From Carcharhinus amblyrhynchos (Eukaryota), in NCBI GenBank assembly GCA_965287045.1, contig OZ336882.1, forward strand, positions 80,476,001-80,540,000: 64,000 nucleotides of DNA, written 5' to 3'. The notes beneath the pieces were generated by a model. That model did not search any database, was not told the DNA's origin, and saw only the letters and a program-made list of their open reading frames with translations. Positions 35,606-49,545 of the stretch are shown here, piece after piece (the stretch's first letter is position 1; each line of letters starts with the position of its first letter). The position numbers and the translations under genes were made by a program.

Positions 35606-38600
35606 ATGGCCCGCCCATTAATTCTACAGATCAAGGAACTTTTCTATCCAGTGCTGGCAGCTTTTGGTGCTCCCGGTAAGTCAATGTACCATGTTGTCTC
35701 ATAGTTGCCGAGGACCTCACTGCTCACTGATTCAGCAACTGAATGCGAGAAGGTCATTATTGCAATGTTTTTTCTCTGCCGAGATAAATTGCTGAATATC
35801 AGTGAGAGTCTCAACGGTTCGCATGGCCTGTGAGCCGCGGTTCAGCTCGGAAGAATGCGACACCTGGAGTTTAACTTCCCTCTCCACATTTACGGAGATG
35901 GAGGCTGATTCTCTGTCCTTCCAACACTTCATAGATCTGTATGCGATTTATTTGCAGTGACAATCTGTATCGTTTCCCCTTTAAGATGACAATAACTGGA
36001 AATGCGGCCTCTCCGGAAAGCAAAAATCATCGGATGATATTTCAAGGAAAAATTGCTGCTCAGGTCGTTGCTCATCCTCAGAGTTGCAAATCAGTTCCGT
36101 TGTTTCCCTTTCTGTGCCCGACAGCTCCCTTCCGCTGATGATAAACATTAGAATCCCACCGTCTCGAATTAATTTCAAGAGCTATTTTCTCACCTCATTG
36201 ATGCATATGAAAGACTTATTATTATTTACATAACGTGTGAATATTGCGTTTAGCGCCCCTGATATTAGATGCAGCTCTTGAAATTTAACTGAAGACACTA
36301 AATTCAATCGATTGCCCCACCGTGCCGCTGCGCTCACTTCTACAATTGGTCGGTGCATCACCTGACACAAGCCTCATGGTGGGTGGATTTAGTTGTCAGA
36401 GCTGCAGCACAGGGAATTACTGTATAGAAATCAATCATTTGTTTGGTTGAATTTATTTATTCATTTGTGTGATGTGGGAATCGATGTCCTTTATTGTTCA
36501 TTCTTCGCTGCCCTTCGGATGCGGGTGGTGAGTTGCCTTCCTGATCCGCTGCTGTCCAAATTGTAAGTGCACCCACAGTGCTGGTCGAGGGAAAGAGTGA
36601 TTCAAGATTTTGGTACAACTACAGTGAAGGAACAGTGATATATTTTCCACTCAGTTTGTCCAGTGACTTTGGGAGAAGATTAATACGGCGGTGTTCCAAT
36701 ATATCTGCTGCCCTTGAATTTTTAGATGATAGTGGTCGAGGGTTTTGTATAATGCCATGTAAGGTGCCTGGTGAGTTCCTGTAAATGCTGTTCACGGCTG
36801 GCCCAGCGTGCCTGCGGGAGAGGTAGTGAACATTTTGTGGGCGGGTTAGCATTCCAACCGCCTGCTTCATCCTTCATTGTCTAGAACATCTTGAGTGTCT
36901 TTGGAGCTCTCCTCGTGCAGGTAAATGGAGAGTATTCCATCACACCATCAACTTATAAACGGTGCACAGGATATTGGGAGGCAAGAGGTCTGTTATTCAC
37001 CGCAGGATTCCTAACCGCTGATCTGCTTTTGTGGACACTATTTATTTGCTAAAATAAGCAAAATACAGTGGATGCTGGAATCTGAAACAAAAGTAAAGAA
37101 TGCCGGAAAAACACGGACTGTTTTCTTCCCTGACGGAAACTGTCAGCCCTGCTGAGATTTTATAATTTTTTTTGTCATGTGGCTCGCCCAGTTCAGGTTG
37201 TGTTTACGGTTGATGCTAATAGTTGCGGACTCAGTGATGGCATTGCGTGTCAAGGGGAAATTTTTAGATTATGTATTGTTGTCGGCGGTCATGCCTTAAA
37301 CTTGTGTGGCACAGGCGTTATTTCCCACTTGTCAGCCCAAACTTGGATGTTGTCTACATCTTGCTGCATTTGGACACCGGCAGCCTCGGTATCTGAAGGC
37401 TCACATGTGATACGGTATATTGTGCAGCCATCAATGATCATTCCCACTTCTGACCTTATATTGGAAGAAAGGTTATGATGAAGCAGCTGAAGACGTTTGA
37501 GCCTAGAACATTCACTGGGGAAATGACGGAATGTACAATTTATTGAACAAGCCAGAAGTTCCTTTCTGAGGATTTCCCTTAGTATGAGGTTTGATTTCGA
37601 CTTCGGGTGAATGGAGTCTCAGACCAGTGTCAGGGCTGATGCTTACTGTAATTAAATCGATATAGATGCAAGGAAGCTGATCCCAGATCACCCGGTTTAT
37701 CCAAGTCTCCGAAATCACAATTGTTCCCAATTGAGACTTGGGTTCTTTTGTTGTCGATTGTGCTGAGGGGAACTTTCCATTAACATTCTGTAGAATGAAT
37801 CCGGCGACCCTCCGCTCAATATGTGCGGGAAAAAAAAGACTTAAATTATTGCAATGGGGATAACATCGCAGGTGCCTAAATATTGAGTTTATGGTGATCT
37901 GTTTCAATAAAAATATCACCTCTGCTCGCTTGTACAATAGAAGGAGTCCATGTCAATAACGGAGTAAAAGTGCACCCAAACATTTTACTAAAGTATGCTT
38001 TGAGTGTGACCAGACTGTTTCCATGACTTGGCTCTTCTCCCTCGTTTTTACAGCGAATCTCGTGACCATCGTGATCCTCGCCAAAGGAAATTGGGGCCTT
38101 TCCAGATGCGTCTCTATCTACATGGTGGCCATGGCAACAGCAGATTTGTTGGTGATGCTCATCAATGTAATTTTGTATAACCTTCTAAGAAAACGTTTTC
38201 CGAATTCATTCCTCTCCTACACTGTTGTTTGCAAATTAATGATATATATGCTTTGTAATAACCTGTATATGTCAGTATGGTTTACAGTCTCATTCACAGT
38301 TGACCGATATGTTGCTATGTGTAGTCAGAAGTTTAAAACAATCTATTGCACCGCGAGAACAGCGACTGCAGTTTTAACAACAGCCTCAGTCCTGATCTAT
38401 TTACTGAACATGTATGTTTGGTTTGCATTTGAACATAAAAGCACAATTAATGGTGTTCAATGGGGTGTCCTCCCTCGCCAGGATTTTTATACTTCTCAAA
38501 TTGGTGAGACAGTCGTCTTGTTACAAAGTATCTTATTGATCTGGATTCCCTTCATTTTGATATTACTATTAAACCTTTTGACAATCAGAAGGATTTTGTT

Positions 38601-38991
38601 GTCCAGCAAAGTCCGTGCGGGCCTGCGGGGTCAAAACAGCGAGAATCAGAATGATCCAGAGATACAGAACCGAAGGAAGTCCATTATTCTATTGCTCACT
38701 ATTTCTAGTAGCTTTCTATTGTTGTGGGCGACAAGAGTCATTACGTATTTAGCCAGTCGGATGCTCGTTTATGTCCGGTCCGATTACACGTCCGCTGCAT
38801 ATATCGCCGCCGAAACGGGAACACTGCTCATGCATTTAAGTTCATGCACAAACACGTGCATTTATGCAGCTACACAAGCTAAATTCAGGGAAGAGCTAAA
38901 GAAGATCGCGAAATCTCCTTGGACAATAATTCTGATGTTGCAAAAATATGTAAAATTAAAGAATGCCGTCCTTCCTGCCACAAAAATATAA
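35606..38991 (+). CDS. GPR139/GPR142-like GPCR, copy 3; join(35606..35675,38054..38991), 335 aa
   Basis: Exon 1 encodes MARPLILQIKELFYPVLAAFGAP. Canonical GT/AG, open frame, DRY retained, canonical TATAAAA at 35528. Confidence 0.92.
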
Positions 38992-39202
38992 CGTGTTTCT
39001 TTAAATAACGGCCTTCAGAAGCACTGTGCCATTCTTTGTTGTATCTTCTGATGCCTACTGCTATTCGCGAGTAATTTATTGCTGTTTCCTTCTGTAGCGG
39101 CTTACTCCAATCAGTGTGCACAGAAAACACGAATGATATCATTCAACAGTGGAGTAAAATGGGTTCGTATCAGTCCTAGCTGCCGTCCAGTGCACGCAAT
39201 GC

Positions 39203-39889
39203 TGTGAGAGGAGGAAGATGCAATTTTTGAAATCATGGGCTGACTGGCCGAGGGCGGGGAAATGGGGAAGGCAGGTGCTTAACCACCAGTATGAGATCAG
39301 TTGTTTGCGGTCAAAGTAACAGTCAGGGGTTGGGTTACAAAAGAAACGATTATCGCTGACCGTATAAGAAAAAAACTGGTGCCCGAGATAGGGTAGGGGG
39401 AAGGGAATGTAGATAAGGGCAGAACTAGCTAAATAAGTTTAAGATAAGAGGGCAGAACTCGCTAAATAAGTTTAAGATAAGAGGGCAGAACTAGCTAAAT
39501 AAGTTTAAGATAAGAGGGCAGAACTAGCTAAATAAGTTTAAGAGAAGGAAAGGCGGGACGTATGATGAACTCGCGAATGCATATAAGGTATGATCATGTA
39601 TTGTAAGGGTGTGTGTACCTACGGGACCACACCCGTTCTTGCAAGATCGAATAAAACTGACTTAGGAGAAAACGCACCCGTGTCTTTGATTTCGAAAGGG
39701 GTTAAGGGATCTGAAGTGGAATCGTGTCTCCAGAGGTGTCTCCTTAAAGGGGGGGTTGCCGCCGGTGGAAACCTAACGGTGATAACTAAGCCGGTCGAGC
39801 GTCCACCCCTCCAGGACTGGGTCAGTTGCTCGGGTGTAATCCATACAAACTGACCGGCCTCAGACTGGGAGCCGTTCTTACTTCCTACA
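39203..39889 (+). mobile_element. Solo LTR (687 bp) with 4-bp TSD ATGC
   Basis: TGT...ACA termini; ATGC at 39199-39202 and 39890-39893; empty site gcaatgccttatg in the other units; 33-bp tandem repeats; TATAA at 39582; AATAAA at 39650. Confidence 0.9.
39416..39543 (+). repeat. 33-bp tandem repeat x~3.9 in the LTR U3
   Basis: agggcagaactagctaaataagtttaagataag at 39416, 39449, 39482 and 39515, with one substitution. Confidence 0.95.
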
Positions 39890-39907
39890 ATGCCTTATGC
39901 CGCATTT

Positions 39908-41172
39908 AAATTTATTGGAGTTCTATGAGGATGTGCCTCGGGCTTTGGATTGAGGAGAGCCGGTGGATGTGGTCTTTCTTGATTTTCAGAAGGCGTTTGA
40001 CAAGGTACCTCACAAGAGTTATTGCAGAAGGTAAGGGGACATGGAGTTGGGGGTAGGGTGTTAGCGTGGATAGAGGATTGGTTGTCAAATAGGATGCAGA
40101 GAGTGGGGGTTAATGGGTGCTATTCGGATTGGCGGTTGGTGACTAGTGGAGTGCCCCAGGGGTCGGTGCTGGGGCCTCAGCTATTTACCATTTATATAGA
40201 TGATCTGGAGGACGGAACCGAGTGTACGGTGTCGAAATTTGCTGATGACACCAAGAACGGCAAATTGCGCAGAGGGTGTGGAGAGTCTGCAGAAGGATCT
40301 AGATAGGCTGGGCGAATGGGCCAGGAAATGGCGAATGGAATTTATTATTGGTAAGTGCGAGGTGATCCACTTTGGTAGGAATAATGGTAGGAAGGACTAT
40401 TACTTACGTGGCGAAAAACTGCAGCAGGCGACGGTGCAGAGGGACCTCGGGGTCCTTGTGCATGAGTCGCAAAAACCCAGCCTGCAGGTGCAGCAGGTGG
40501 TCAGGAAGGCTAATGGGATGCTGGCCTTCATAGCGAGGGGGATTGAATATAGAAGTAGGGAGGTCTTGCTGCGGCTGTATAGGGCATTGGTGAGGCCGCA
40601 GCTGGAGTACTGTGTGCAGTTTTGGTCGCCGTACTAACGCAAGGATATTTTGACCTTGGAGGGAGTGCACAGGAGGTTTACCAGGCTGATACCGGAGTTG
40701 AGGGGGTTGAGCTATGAGGAGAGGCTGAATAAACTAGGCTTGTACTCGTTAGAGTTTAGAAGAATGAGGGGAGATCTGATTGAGACATATAAGTTGATGA
40801 ATGGGATGGATAGGATAGAGGTGGAGAGACACTTCCCTCTGAGAAAGGACAGTAGGACTAGGGGGCGCAACCTCAAGATAAAGGTGGGGGGGAGGTTAGA
40901 ACGGAGTTGAGGAGGAAGTTCTTCATTCAAAGGGTGGTGAATCTCTGGAATTCTCTGCCCGTTGAGGTGGTGGAGGCTGCCTCGCTAAATATTTTTAAGA
41001 CGCGGGTTGATGGGTTTCTGATAAGCGAGGGGATTAAAGGATATGGGGAGAGGGCGGGAATGTGGAACTGAGCCACGACAGATTAGGCATGATCTTACTG
41101 AATGGCGGGGCAGGCTCGAAGGGCTAGATGGCCTACTCCTGCTCCTATTTCTTATGTTCTTATTATGTTCTT
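39908..41172 (+). mobile_element. CR1/HER1-like LINE 3' of GPCR, unit 3
   Basis: Equivalent of 14539-15813, with a small deletion after FADDTK and a TAA after WSPY shared with unit 2. Confidence 0.95.
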
Positions 41173-41177
41173 TCTAC

Positions 41178-44100
41178 GATACATCGCAGGTACTGCCTTG
41201 CAGCGCTTCTATTGCCTTACATTGTAGGTACTACCTTACACCGCAGAAACCATCTTACACCACAGCACTGACTTAAACTACAGGAACTGCGTTGCACCAT
41301 AGGTACTGCCTGCAACGCAGGTATAACATTTCACAGCAGGTATTGCTCACACCACTTTCTCCGCAGGCTTACCGCAGGTACCCCCTTCTGGTACCTTCTG
41401 GTACTTCTGGTACTTCAGGCACTCTGGTACCAAGGTGGTACCAGATGTACCACCTTTCAGCACAGGTGGTTTATTGCACGACAGGAATCGCCCTGCCCTG
41501 CAGGCACTACCTTGAACCACAGTACTGCTTTATGCTGCGGCTTCTGCCTGACACCGCAGACGCTACCTTACACATCACTGCCTTACCTCGCAGGCAATGC
41601 ATACACCACAGTTTCTCCCTCAAACTACAGTGGCTGCCTTGTACCGCAGACTGCCTTTCACCTCAGGTCCCACATTCCACCGCATGAATTACCTCGAACC
41701 GCGGACGCCGCATTACACCACAGATGCGGCCTTGTAACAAAGATGCTATTTTTCACTTAAACTGCTTTCTTGCACAACAGGTACAACGCAAGGAACTGCT
41801 TACGCGGCCGCTAGTGCCGGAAACCGGAGATACTGCATCACATTGCAAGCACTGTCTTGCACCACAGGTTCTGCCTTACGCCCACGCGATGCACCGCAGC
41901 ACAGCTACCGCCATTCCATTCATGTTCTTCCTGATAGAACAGATATGTCTTTAACCGATGGTTCTACCTTACACCGCAGATACTGCCTTACACCACTGTT
42001 TCTGGTTACGGCACAGTTTCTGTCTAACTCCGCAGCCAATGTCTCACACCACAGGTTCTCCGTGAAAACACCACAATCCTATCTTGAACCAAAGGCTCTG
42101 CCTTGAACTACCGATACTGCATTGTGCAACAGTTTTTACACCGAAGCTACTTTCTTGCAAACACGATACCGCCTTATTTCAGAGGAACTTCATTGCACAA
42201 CAGGTCCTGCCTTGCACCACAGCTCATGATTTGCACAAAGATATTGCAGCTACTGCCTTATACCGCAGGTTCTGCCTTACACTGCAGGTGCTCACTGACT
42301 GTAAAGGGACTAACTCACACTGCGTGCACCGCCTTTAAACCGCAGTGTCTATGTAAAGCACAGGTACTACCTGGAACTTTAGATTCTGCATTACACAACA
42401 GGATTTAAACTGAAGCTACTTTCTTACACCATATGTACCACCTTTCACTCTAAGCGCTCCCTTACACCGCGAGTACTTTTCTTTACATCACCGCAGCCTC
42501 TTTATACTGCCCTGCAGCAATGGCATGCCTTCCACCACAAGTACTGCCTTCAGCGTAGTAACTGTCTTCATTGTAAGTACTGCCCTACACCACACGTACT
42601 ACCTTATACCGCAGGTATTGCCTTCTAAAGCCCGTATTGTCTTTACTCCAGAAACTGCACTACAGCGCAATAACTCATCTCAGATGCTTCCTTACACAAC
42701 GGTACTGTCTTCACCAATAATGGGTGGCACAGTCTACAAGGCCTTTCATTGAGGTACTGCCTGACTCCACGGCTTTTGCCTTTCACAACAAGTAATTCGA
42801 TAGACCACAGGTACTTTCTTCACTGCGGGAATTGGTTTCACCGCAGTAGTTGTCTTGCCGAACAGTTATTGCCTTACACCTCAGTTGCTATCTACACAAC
42901 AGCTGATGTCTTAAACTACAGGTGTTGCCTTACATCATACTTACAGCATAGCTACTGTTTTAAACCACAGGTACTGCCCGGCACTTAAAGCACAACATCG
43001 CTCCACAGCTATTGCCTTCACCGTAGACATTCCCTTACAAAGCGGTTACTGGCTTATACGGCAGATGCTACCTTAAACCACAAGTTTTGTGTTACGCCAC
43101 AGACACCAATTTGTACCAGATACTGCCTGAGACCACAAGGAACGGCTTATAATGCAAAGGTAACGCTGCTGTGCTTTAAGAAATGCAAATTAATCACGTT
43201 CTCTGCAGTCATAACCTGTCACTGAGCCGCCTGCCTAAATGTCATTTAATTGCTCCTTAAATTATTAAATTGTTTATTTATTTATATTCAATCTGGGCCT
43301 AATGCACTCTCTTGGAGTTTATGGCAATTTTGGAATTGTTGGGGGCAGATATCTGACAGGGCAAGTGGAAGAGTTTTATTTTTTTCCTCGCAGGAATTAT
43401 TTCACTTTCAGTTTCGGTTGCTGGTTTGTTAGAAATTGCTTGGACTCCAGGCTGGATGCAGTGTTTTTTCTCTACCTGGTATTAAAGATTCTGCTGGCTC
43501 GTAGGAATAGTCTTTCCTTCTTTTCAGCATGAACATTTTGCTGAAAAGTACGTCTTACTTGAGCATTTTACTAGCTGGAGGAAAGCAGTGGCACTGTATC
43601 CACCTGGAGTCTGGGAGTCTCAGAATGCAGAATGCAGTGTTTCACTTCTCCATCCAAAGGATTAATAACCACAGGGTTTGCAGTGCTGAAAAAACACTGA
43701 GCATATGTATTTACTGCGTTAAATCGAAATTAAGTGCATATGTTACTAAGTCTGTTCTGTTAGTACAGAACATTGAGCGATGGAGGTTTACAACATCATG
43801 GTTTTTTTTCTGTTATTGTTAGTCATTGGTAAAAGTTACTGCTAATTTTCTTTCGGTGAGTTCACTGTATTCTGGAATTAAATTTGTGTGATAAAAGCTC
43901 ATCGGTCTGTCATTTAATTCAAACCTGAGGTGAAAAATCTCATGGTTACCCGCACCATATTCAATTTGCAAAACATAAACTGCAGGCTGACCTCATAAAA
44001 CACGTGAAATTTCTGACCTGGATTATAACACAGGCAAGTACTGCGTTAGGCAGCGGTTGCTGCGTTACACCACAGGTGCTACCTTATGCACAAGCTACTT

Positions 44101-44880
44101 GCTTACATCATAGCTTCTGCCTTACACCACTGGAGTATCTTGACAGCGCAGGAACTGATTGCACCACAGGCATTGTATTGCACCATACTCACATCCTTAC
44201 ACTGCACGTACTGGTGTACACCGCAGGTACTACCGTCCAAATGCAAGTAACGTCTTCACTGTACGAACTGCCTCACAGAGCAGTAACGATGTTACATAGG
44301 TTTTACTGTCTTACACCGTTGGATAATACCTCACCCCATAGATACTGCCTTCACCACAGGAGCTGCCTCCACTTCAGAAGTGTCTTATATTGCAGGTTCT
44401 ACATTATATCAAAGGCTTACGTAACTGGTGCCACATACTACAGGCATGCTGCCTTGCACCACAGATATACCTTAAACGGCAGGAAGTGTCTTTCACTACA
44501 GGTTCCGTTTCACACCACAGATACTGCCTCACATCACAGATGCTGCCTTGCACTAAAGTTAATACCATACACCACAGTGCTGCCTTACACATCAGTTATC
44601 CTGTGAAACTGCTGGATCAGCCGAAAATCACATGTGCCTTCCCTGGTTATACCTCACACCACAGCTACTGCATTCCACCACAAGTACAACCGGACACTGC
44701 GGTTTCCTCTTAAACTGTAGCAATTCTTTCAGACCAGATGCTGCTTTATTCTGTGGATTGACTTACACTACAGTTGCTGTGTAACACAGAGTTAGTGCCT
44801 TGTACTACAACTGCCGCGCTTGACCACAGGCAGCTTCACACCACAGATAATTGCACACGGCAGGTGCCACCTGATGCTTC
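41178..44880 (+). repeat. Degenerate minisatellite blocks, unit 3 (41178-43170 and 44020-44880)
   Basis: Same repeats, without CR1 insertions. Confidence 0.7.
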
Positions 44881-45474
44881 ATGAAGTATAATGTCATTCT
44901 CCAATTCAACGCCAAATGTGAGAGTTTAAAATGACCATAATCTTTCCATTCTTTGTCATTTGTCTCCGATCCTCAGTTCATCCAAGCACTGTGCGTTTAT
45001 CTATCCTGTTCTAGTTCTTCTCCTATACAATCACCTGATCAGAATTCGTCAGCATGCATGGACCTGATATTTATTCAGAATCTGGAGAATGTCAAAAGGC
45101 ACAGTTTAACCAGTTGATCGATCGCTTCGTCCAGGAGATTGTTTTGTCTTTACATCACTGAGCAGCACACAATAGCTGATATAGGTTGGCAGCTGAAGCA
45201 ATGAAAGGGGAAATGCCGGATAGATACCAGTCAAACTTCTTCAACCCCTCCATCTGGAATAGCTTGCCAGACAATAATCGAATGTCTCCTGTTCAGTGTT
45301 GTGCAAAGGCTGCCCTTCACTGAGTCTGTGCGTGTAAAATTACTGAACTAGACATGAAACAATCAAGATGTAATTTACGTGATGTGTTCCTAAACAATTG
45401 CTCAAAAACATGCTCCATCACGTGGGCAATATCGCTGCAAGAAATTATTAATATGAGGAAGGGAGTGAGAACAT

Positions 45475-46358
45475 GGAGGGGCTACGTTACGAGGAAAGGT
45501 TGGAGAAACTGGGACTATTCTCCTTGGAAAGACGGAGATTGAAGGGGGGACATGATAGAGGTATATAAGATACTGAAGGGAATAGATAGAGTTAATAGTG
45601 AGAGACTGCTCCCTAGACTGGGTACAAACACGAGAGGTCATGATTTTAGGGTGAGGGGGGAGAGGTATAATTTGGAAGTGAGAGGAAGGTTCTTTACGCA
45701 GAGAGTTGTGGGGGTATGGAACGCGCTACCGAGTAGGGTGGTGGAGGCAGGAACATTGGACTCGTTTAAGGTTCAGTTAGATAGACACATGAGTGAAACG
45801 AGGATGGAGGGTTATGGTAGGGGCTATTAAATAAGGTTAGAACCTCGGGAGTCACCGGAAAAGCAGGCTTGTAAGATTAACGTTTTTGTCTTTTTATTCC
45901 GCAGGTGGAGGTCCACCTCGTGTCAAACGAGGGGCATGCACACGGTGGGTCGTGCGTGGGCTGCTCTTGGAAGTTCCGGGAGTGGCCTAGTACTTCGTGT
46001 CGGTGTGTGTGCTTGATCCTGGACCGGTAGACGGGCGCCGCAACAGCTCGGTGACGAGCACTGCTGGCTGTGCAGATACATTGATTTGAGACTGTGTCTG
46101 TGGGAGTTTGCGCATTCTCCCTGTGGTTGCGTGGGTTTCCTCCGGGCGCTCCGGTTTCCTCCCACACCCCAAAGATGTGCTCTTAGGCTGATTGCTTTTA
46201 CCAAATTGACACTATTCTCCCCTGAATCTGGCTACGTTAGGGGTTCCATTCGTAGACACGCAGGGTAGAATAGGTGTAGGGTGATGCGGCGGCGCGGGCT
46301 CGTTGGGCCGAAGGGCTTGTTTCCCGTGCTGGGTTGTTCTTTGTTCTTTGTGTTGTTT
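45475..46358 (+). mobile_element. Second CR1-family LINE 3' end with long 3' UTR containing a V-SINE-like core (unit 3 only)
   Basis: ORF2 end EGLRYEERLEKLGLFSLERRRLKGDMIEVYK..FFTQRVVGVWNALP..GY* (stop at 45830). V-domain gagtttgcgcattctccctgtggttgcgtgggtttcctccgggcgctccggtttcctccca at ~46100-46165. Tail gggccgaagggcttgtttcccgtgctgggttgttctttgttcttt. Empty site gtgagtacatacatcaaact in units 2 and 4. Confidence 0.88.
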
Positions 46359-46934
46359 ATCAAACTGAACCGGATGGCTCGGGTGTTATATACATATGAT
46401 GGGACATTAAATAAACGAAGGGCGACAGGTTTTATCCATTTATGGGATGGGGGAGCTGTTTGGCCCCGGATACAATTTACTGTTCGTCTGAAAAGGCCCC
46501 GGAGAGAGCACTTAGCAGTCAACTAAATTGTTGTGTGGCTGGAGAAAGGAAACAAACAAGGTGAGGAAGGCATGTTTAGTTCGTCATTGAACATACATGA
46601 ACTACATGGTTATTTACGACAATCCATTCATGGTCATCCCGGAGATTTTGAAAAAACATTGATTTCAAATTCCACAACATGAAGGTATTCGAACCTAGAA
46701 TCCTACAATAAACGATCGGTATCTCCATTTCTATTACTCGTTTGCATTGCCACAAAGATAAATGCATATACAGTTAACCTATAACTTACCAGCAGTATGC
46801 CTATTGTCTTTTTTTGCTTCCTTTTGTGATACCCCTGTTCGTTCACTTTTTCAGTCTCAGTAGCAAAGAATAATCACATTAAATCAACAGTTACCAAGGC
46901 GGACACTGCATCAAAGGTTAGGGTCAGAAGTACG

Positions 46935-48448
46935 TAATTGTCAGGAAGGATGGCAGACAGGATGTAAGGATGATTCAGACCACGCGTGGCAACGACTGTT
47001 GGATTGAGCACAAGTATGTTATCTCCAAAGCATGTCTGAAGATTCAGCTAAAGTGACACCCTCAAGGCAATACGATCACCGAACGACTGAAATTCTCAAG
47101 TTTGAAGATTGACCACACCCAACTGCAGCTCACTGATGATCTGTGGCGGCCAAGTGACCTTCAGAAACCCGAAGACAAGATCGAGGAACTTTGGGGTTTC
47201 TGACGGGATACAGTGTATGCCACAGCTGAACGGTTATTGGGTCGCACAAAGAGTAAGCACCAGGACTGGCTTGAAGGAAATGGCCCTGAAATCCGGCATC
47301 CTTTTGAAACAAAAAACAAATTACACAGAGCATACCTAAATGAAAAATCCGGAGGCAAAATAACTGTTTATAACACTATTCGTAGCACAGTTGAAGGCAG
47401 ATTACATGCAATGCAGGACAAGTGGCTGAGACAAAACGCTGATGAAACACAAGCCTGTGTTGACAGATATTACACGAGGCACCACTACGAATCTGTCAGG
47501 ATGTTCCTTAGGGTTCACCCAGACAATTGCTGTCTGCTATGCAGTGTTTCAGACACGACACTACTCACAGTGTAATTTGTGATGTTAGAGACGGCTGTGT
47601 CTTTCAAAAACACCCACAATTGGCCATCCCATATTAATGATGAAGTTATATGTAAACATCCCCAGTCAATACCAGCGCTTGCTCGGGACTTCACCCACAC
47701 TGTTGGAAAGAGAGAAAGCTTTCGAGTAATCGTCAAATGACAAAGTCCCTGGAGCCGATCAAATTCCAGTAGAAATCTATAGATATGGCGCATCATGGAG
47801 GCTCAGAATGTCCACCCACCTCTGAAGTTCACGTGGAAGCAACGGATCCTCCCACAATGCTTCAATGACTGTTTCTTTGCTTATATCTGCAAACATAAAG
47901 TCAAACCCCAGTCCTGTGACAAACACAACTGATTCTATGAGCTGACTATTTCCGGAAAGGACTTTGCCAGAATCCTTCTAAACCGACTCACCTGAGCAAG
48001 GTTCTTTCCGGAGAGCAATTTTTGTCAGGGGGAAACAAAAATGAAACCATCGACATGGCATTTGTTGTTCACCAAATGCAGGAGAAATGCCCAAAACAAA
48101 ATGTTGAACAAGGCACCAAATTCATCCATCTTACCAAGTCTTTGAAATTGTTAGCAGCGAAGGACTCTGATGTATTTTGAGTAAGTTTGGTCTTCCAGAC
48201 TAACTCAATCAGATGGCTCGACAGTTGTACAATGGCATGCAGGCCCGGCTGCGAATTAACGATATGATTTCGGCCCCGTTCTGTGTCCTCAATGGAGTGT
48301 AACAGTGCTGCATACTGGTTCTAGTCCTCTTGCGCATCATATTCTTAGTCGTGCACACTAATGCTATCGAGGCTAAGGATTAGGAATAGAAATCAGTTAT
48401 GGAATAGACAGCCGGACTTTCAATTTGAGAAGCCACAAAGTCAAAAAG
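46935..48448 (+). mobile_element. Decayed RTE-like LINE, unit 4
   Basis: Collinear with 8312-9825. Confidence 0.78.
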
Positions 48449-49545
48449 TCCAAAATGCCAGGATGAGAGAATAATAAATCTTAGCAAATCTTTGGGTGGA
48501 AGTCATGACAGAGATGGGCAGCTGCGTAGCCATGAGCGATTTGTATTTAAGGGCCAGGGGCCAGGGGCATTGCTCGTCCAGGGACAAAAACCATTTGGTC
48601 AAATTAAATACTGGCCAAGTGGTCAGGAAGACTCCGGCAAAAAGTCTCAATGGATGAAACATCGTGTCCACACGGCAAGGAGCTATTTTCATCGCTTGTT
48701 GATGGACTGAACTCTCAAATAGGGAAAATATATCAACGTACTGTGAAATTTTCTTTGCAGCTCGGCTGCACTGAGTTCAATCGCCAGCAATAGCTTAGTG
48801 CCACTCGTTCAGAGTGATGCAACGTGTCCGTCAAGCTGTGTCAAGCTCTGGGTCTCAAATTCTTATTGGTGCGTCAGAGGGGTAGTAAAGAATGATACCA
48901 AACCTAATCTCTATTTCACGGGTTGGCACGGGACACTCTGAAATAGTATCATCTCAAGTAATGATTCAGTAGATCATACATATTTAAATTCAGTTAGCAT
49001 TGATAATGATAGATTAACATGAATGGTAAATTTGTAGTTTAGTTCCTACAATTCAGATTGTAGTAAAGACACAGGAAAGTAAGATAATTGTCACAAGAAA
49101 AAACGACTATTCATCACTAATTATCACAATGCCCATCAAGTGAAAATTTATGGACACAGGAGCGAAATACAAATAAGCTGTACATTAGATGCATGCATTT
49201 AAATCAGTGCATGATGAAACTGGCAGAATCAAACATTGTGTCCACGGGGATGGCCCATTCTGTCTTCTGGGAACCAGCGCACAACACATGTACTCCAGGA
49301 TTCCTTTCTGATCACTGATGTTATTTGACGGAGCTTCATGGACTGACTGAGTGTCGATTGGCCAACAAGGATTTCCTCCAGAGGAAAGGGACTTTGTTGA
49401 TTTAATTTGTGAATATGACGCAATGAGTGCGTAGCCTGATTTTTTTCCTCCAGGGAATGTATTACAGTACAAAAAGGGGAGAGTTTAGGAATCGTTTATA
49501 CAACGGTGCATCGAGTGAAACCTTTGCATTCTTCTCGAAATCACA

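Noticed and set aside
39416-39543. 33-bp repeats as a CRISPR array
   Set aside because: The repeats are contiguous with no spacers, lie inside an LTR, and are in a eukaryotic context without cas genes.
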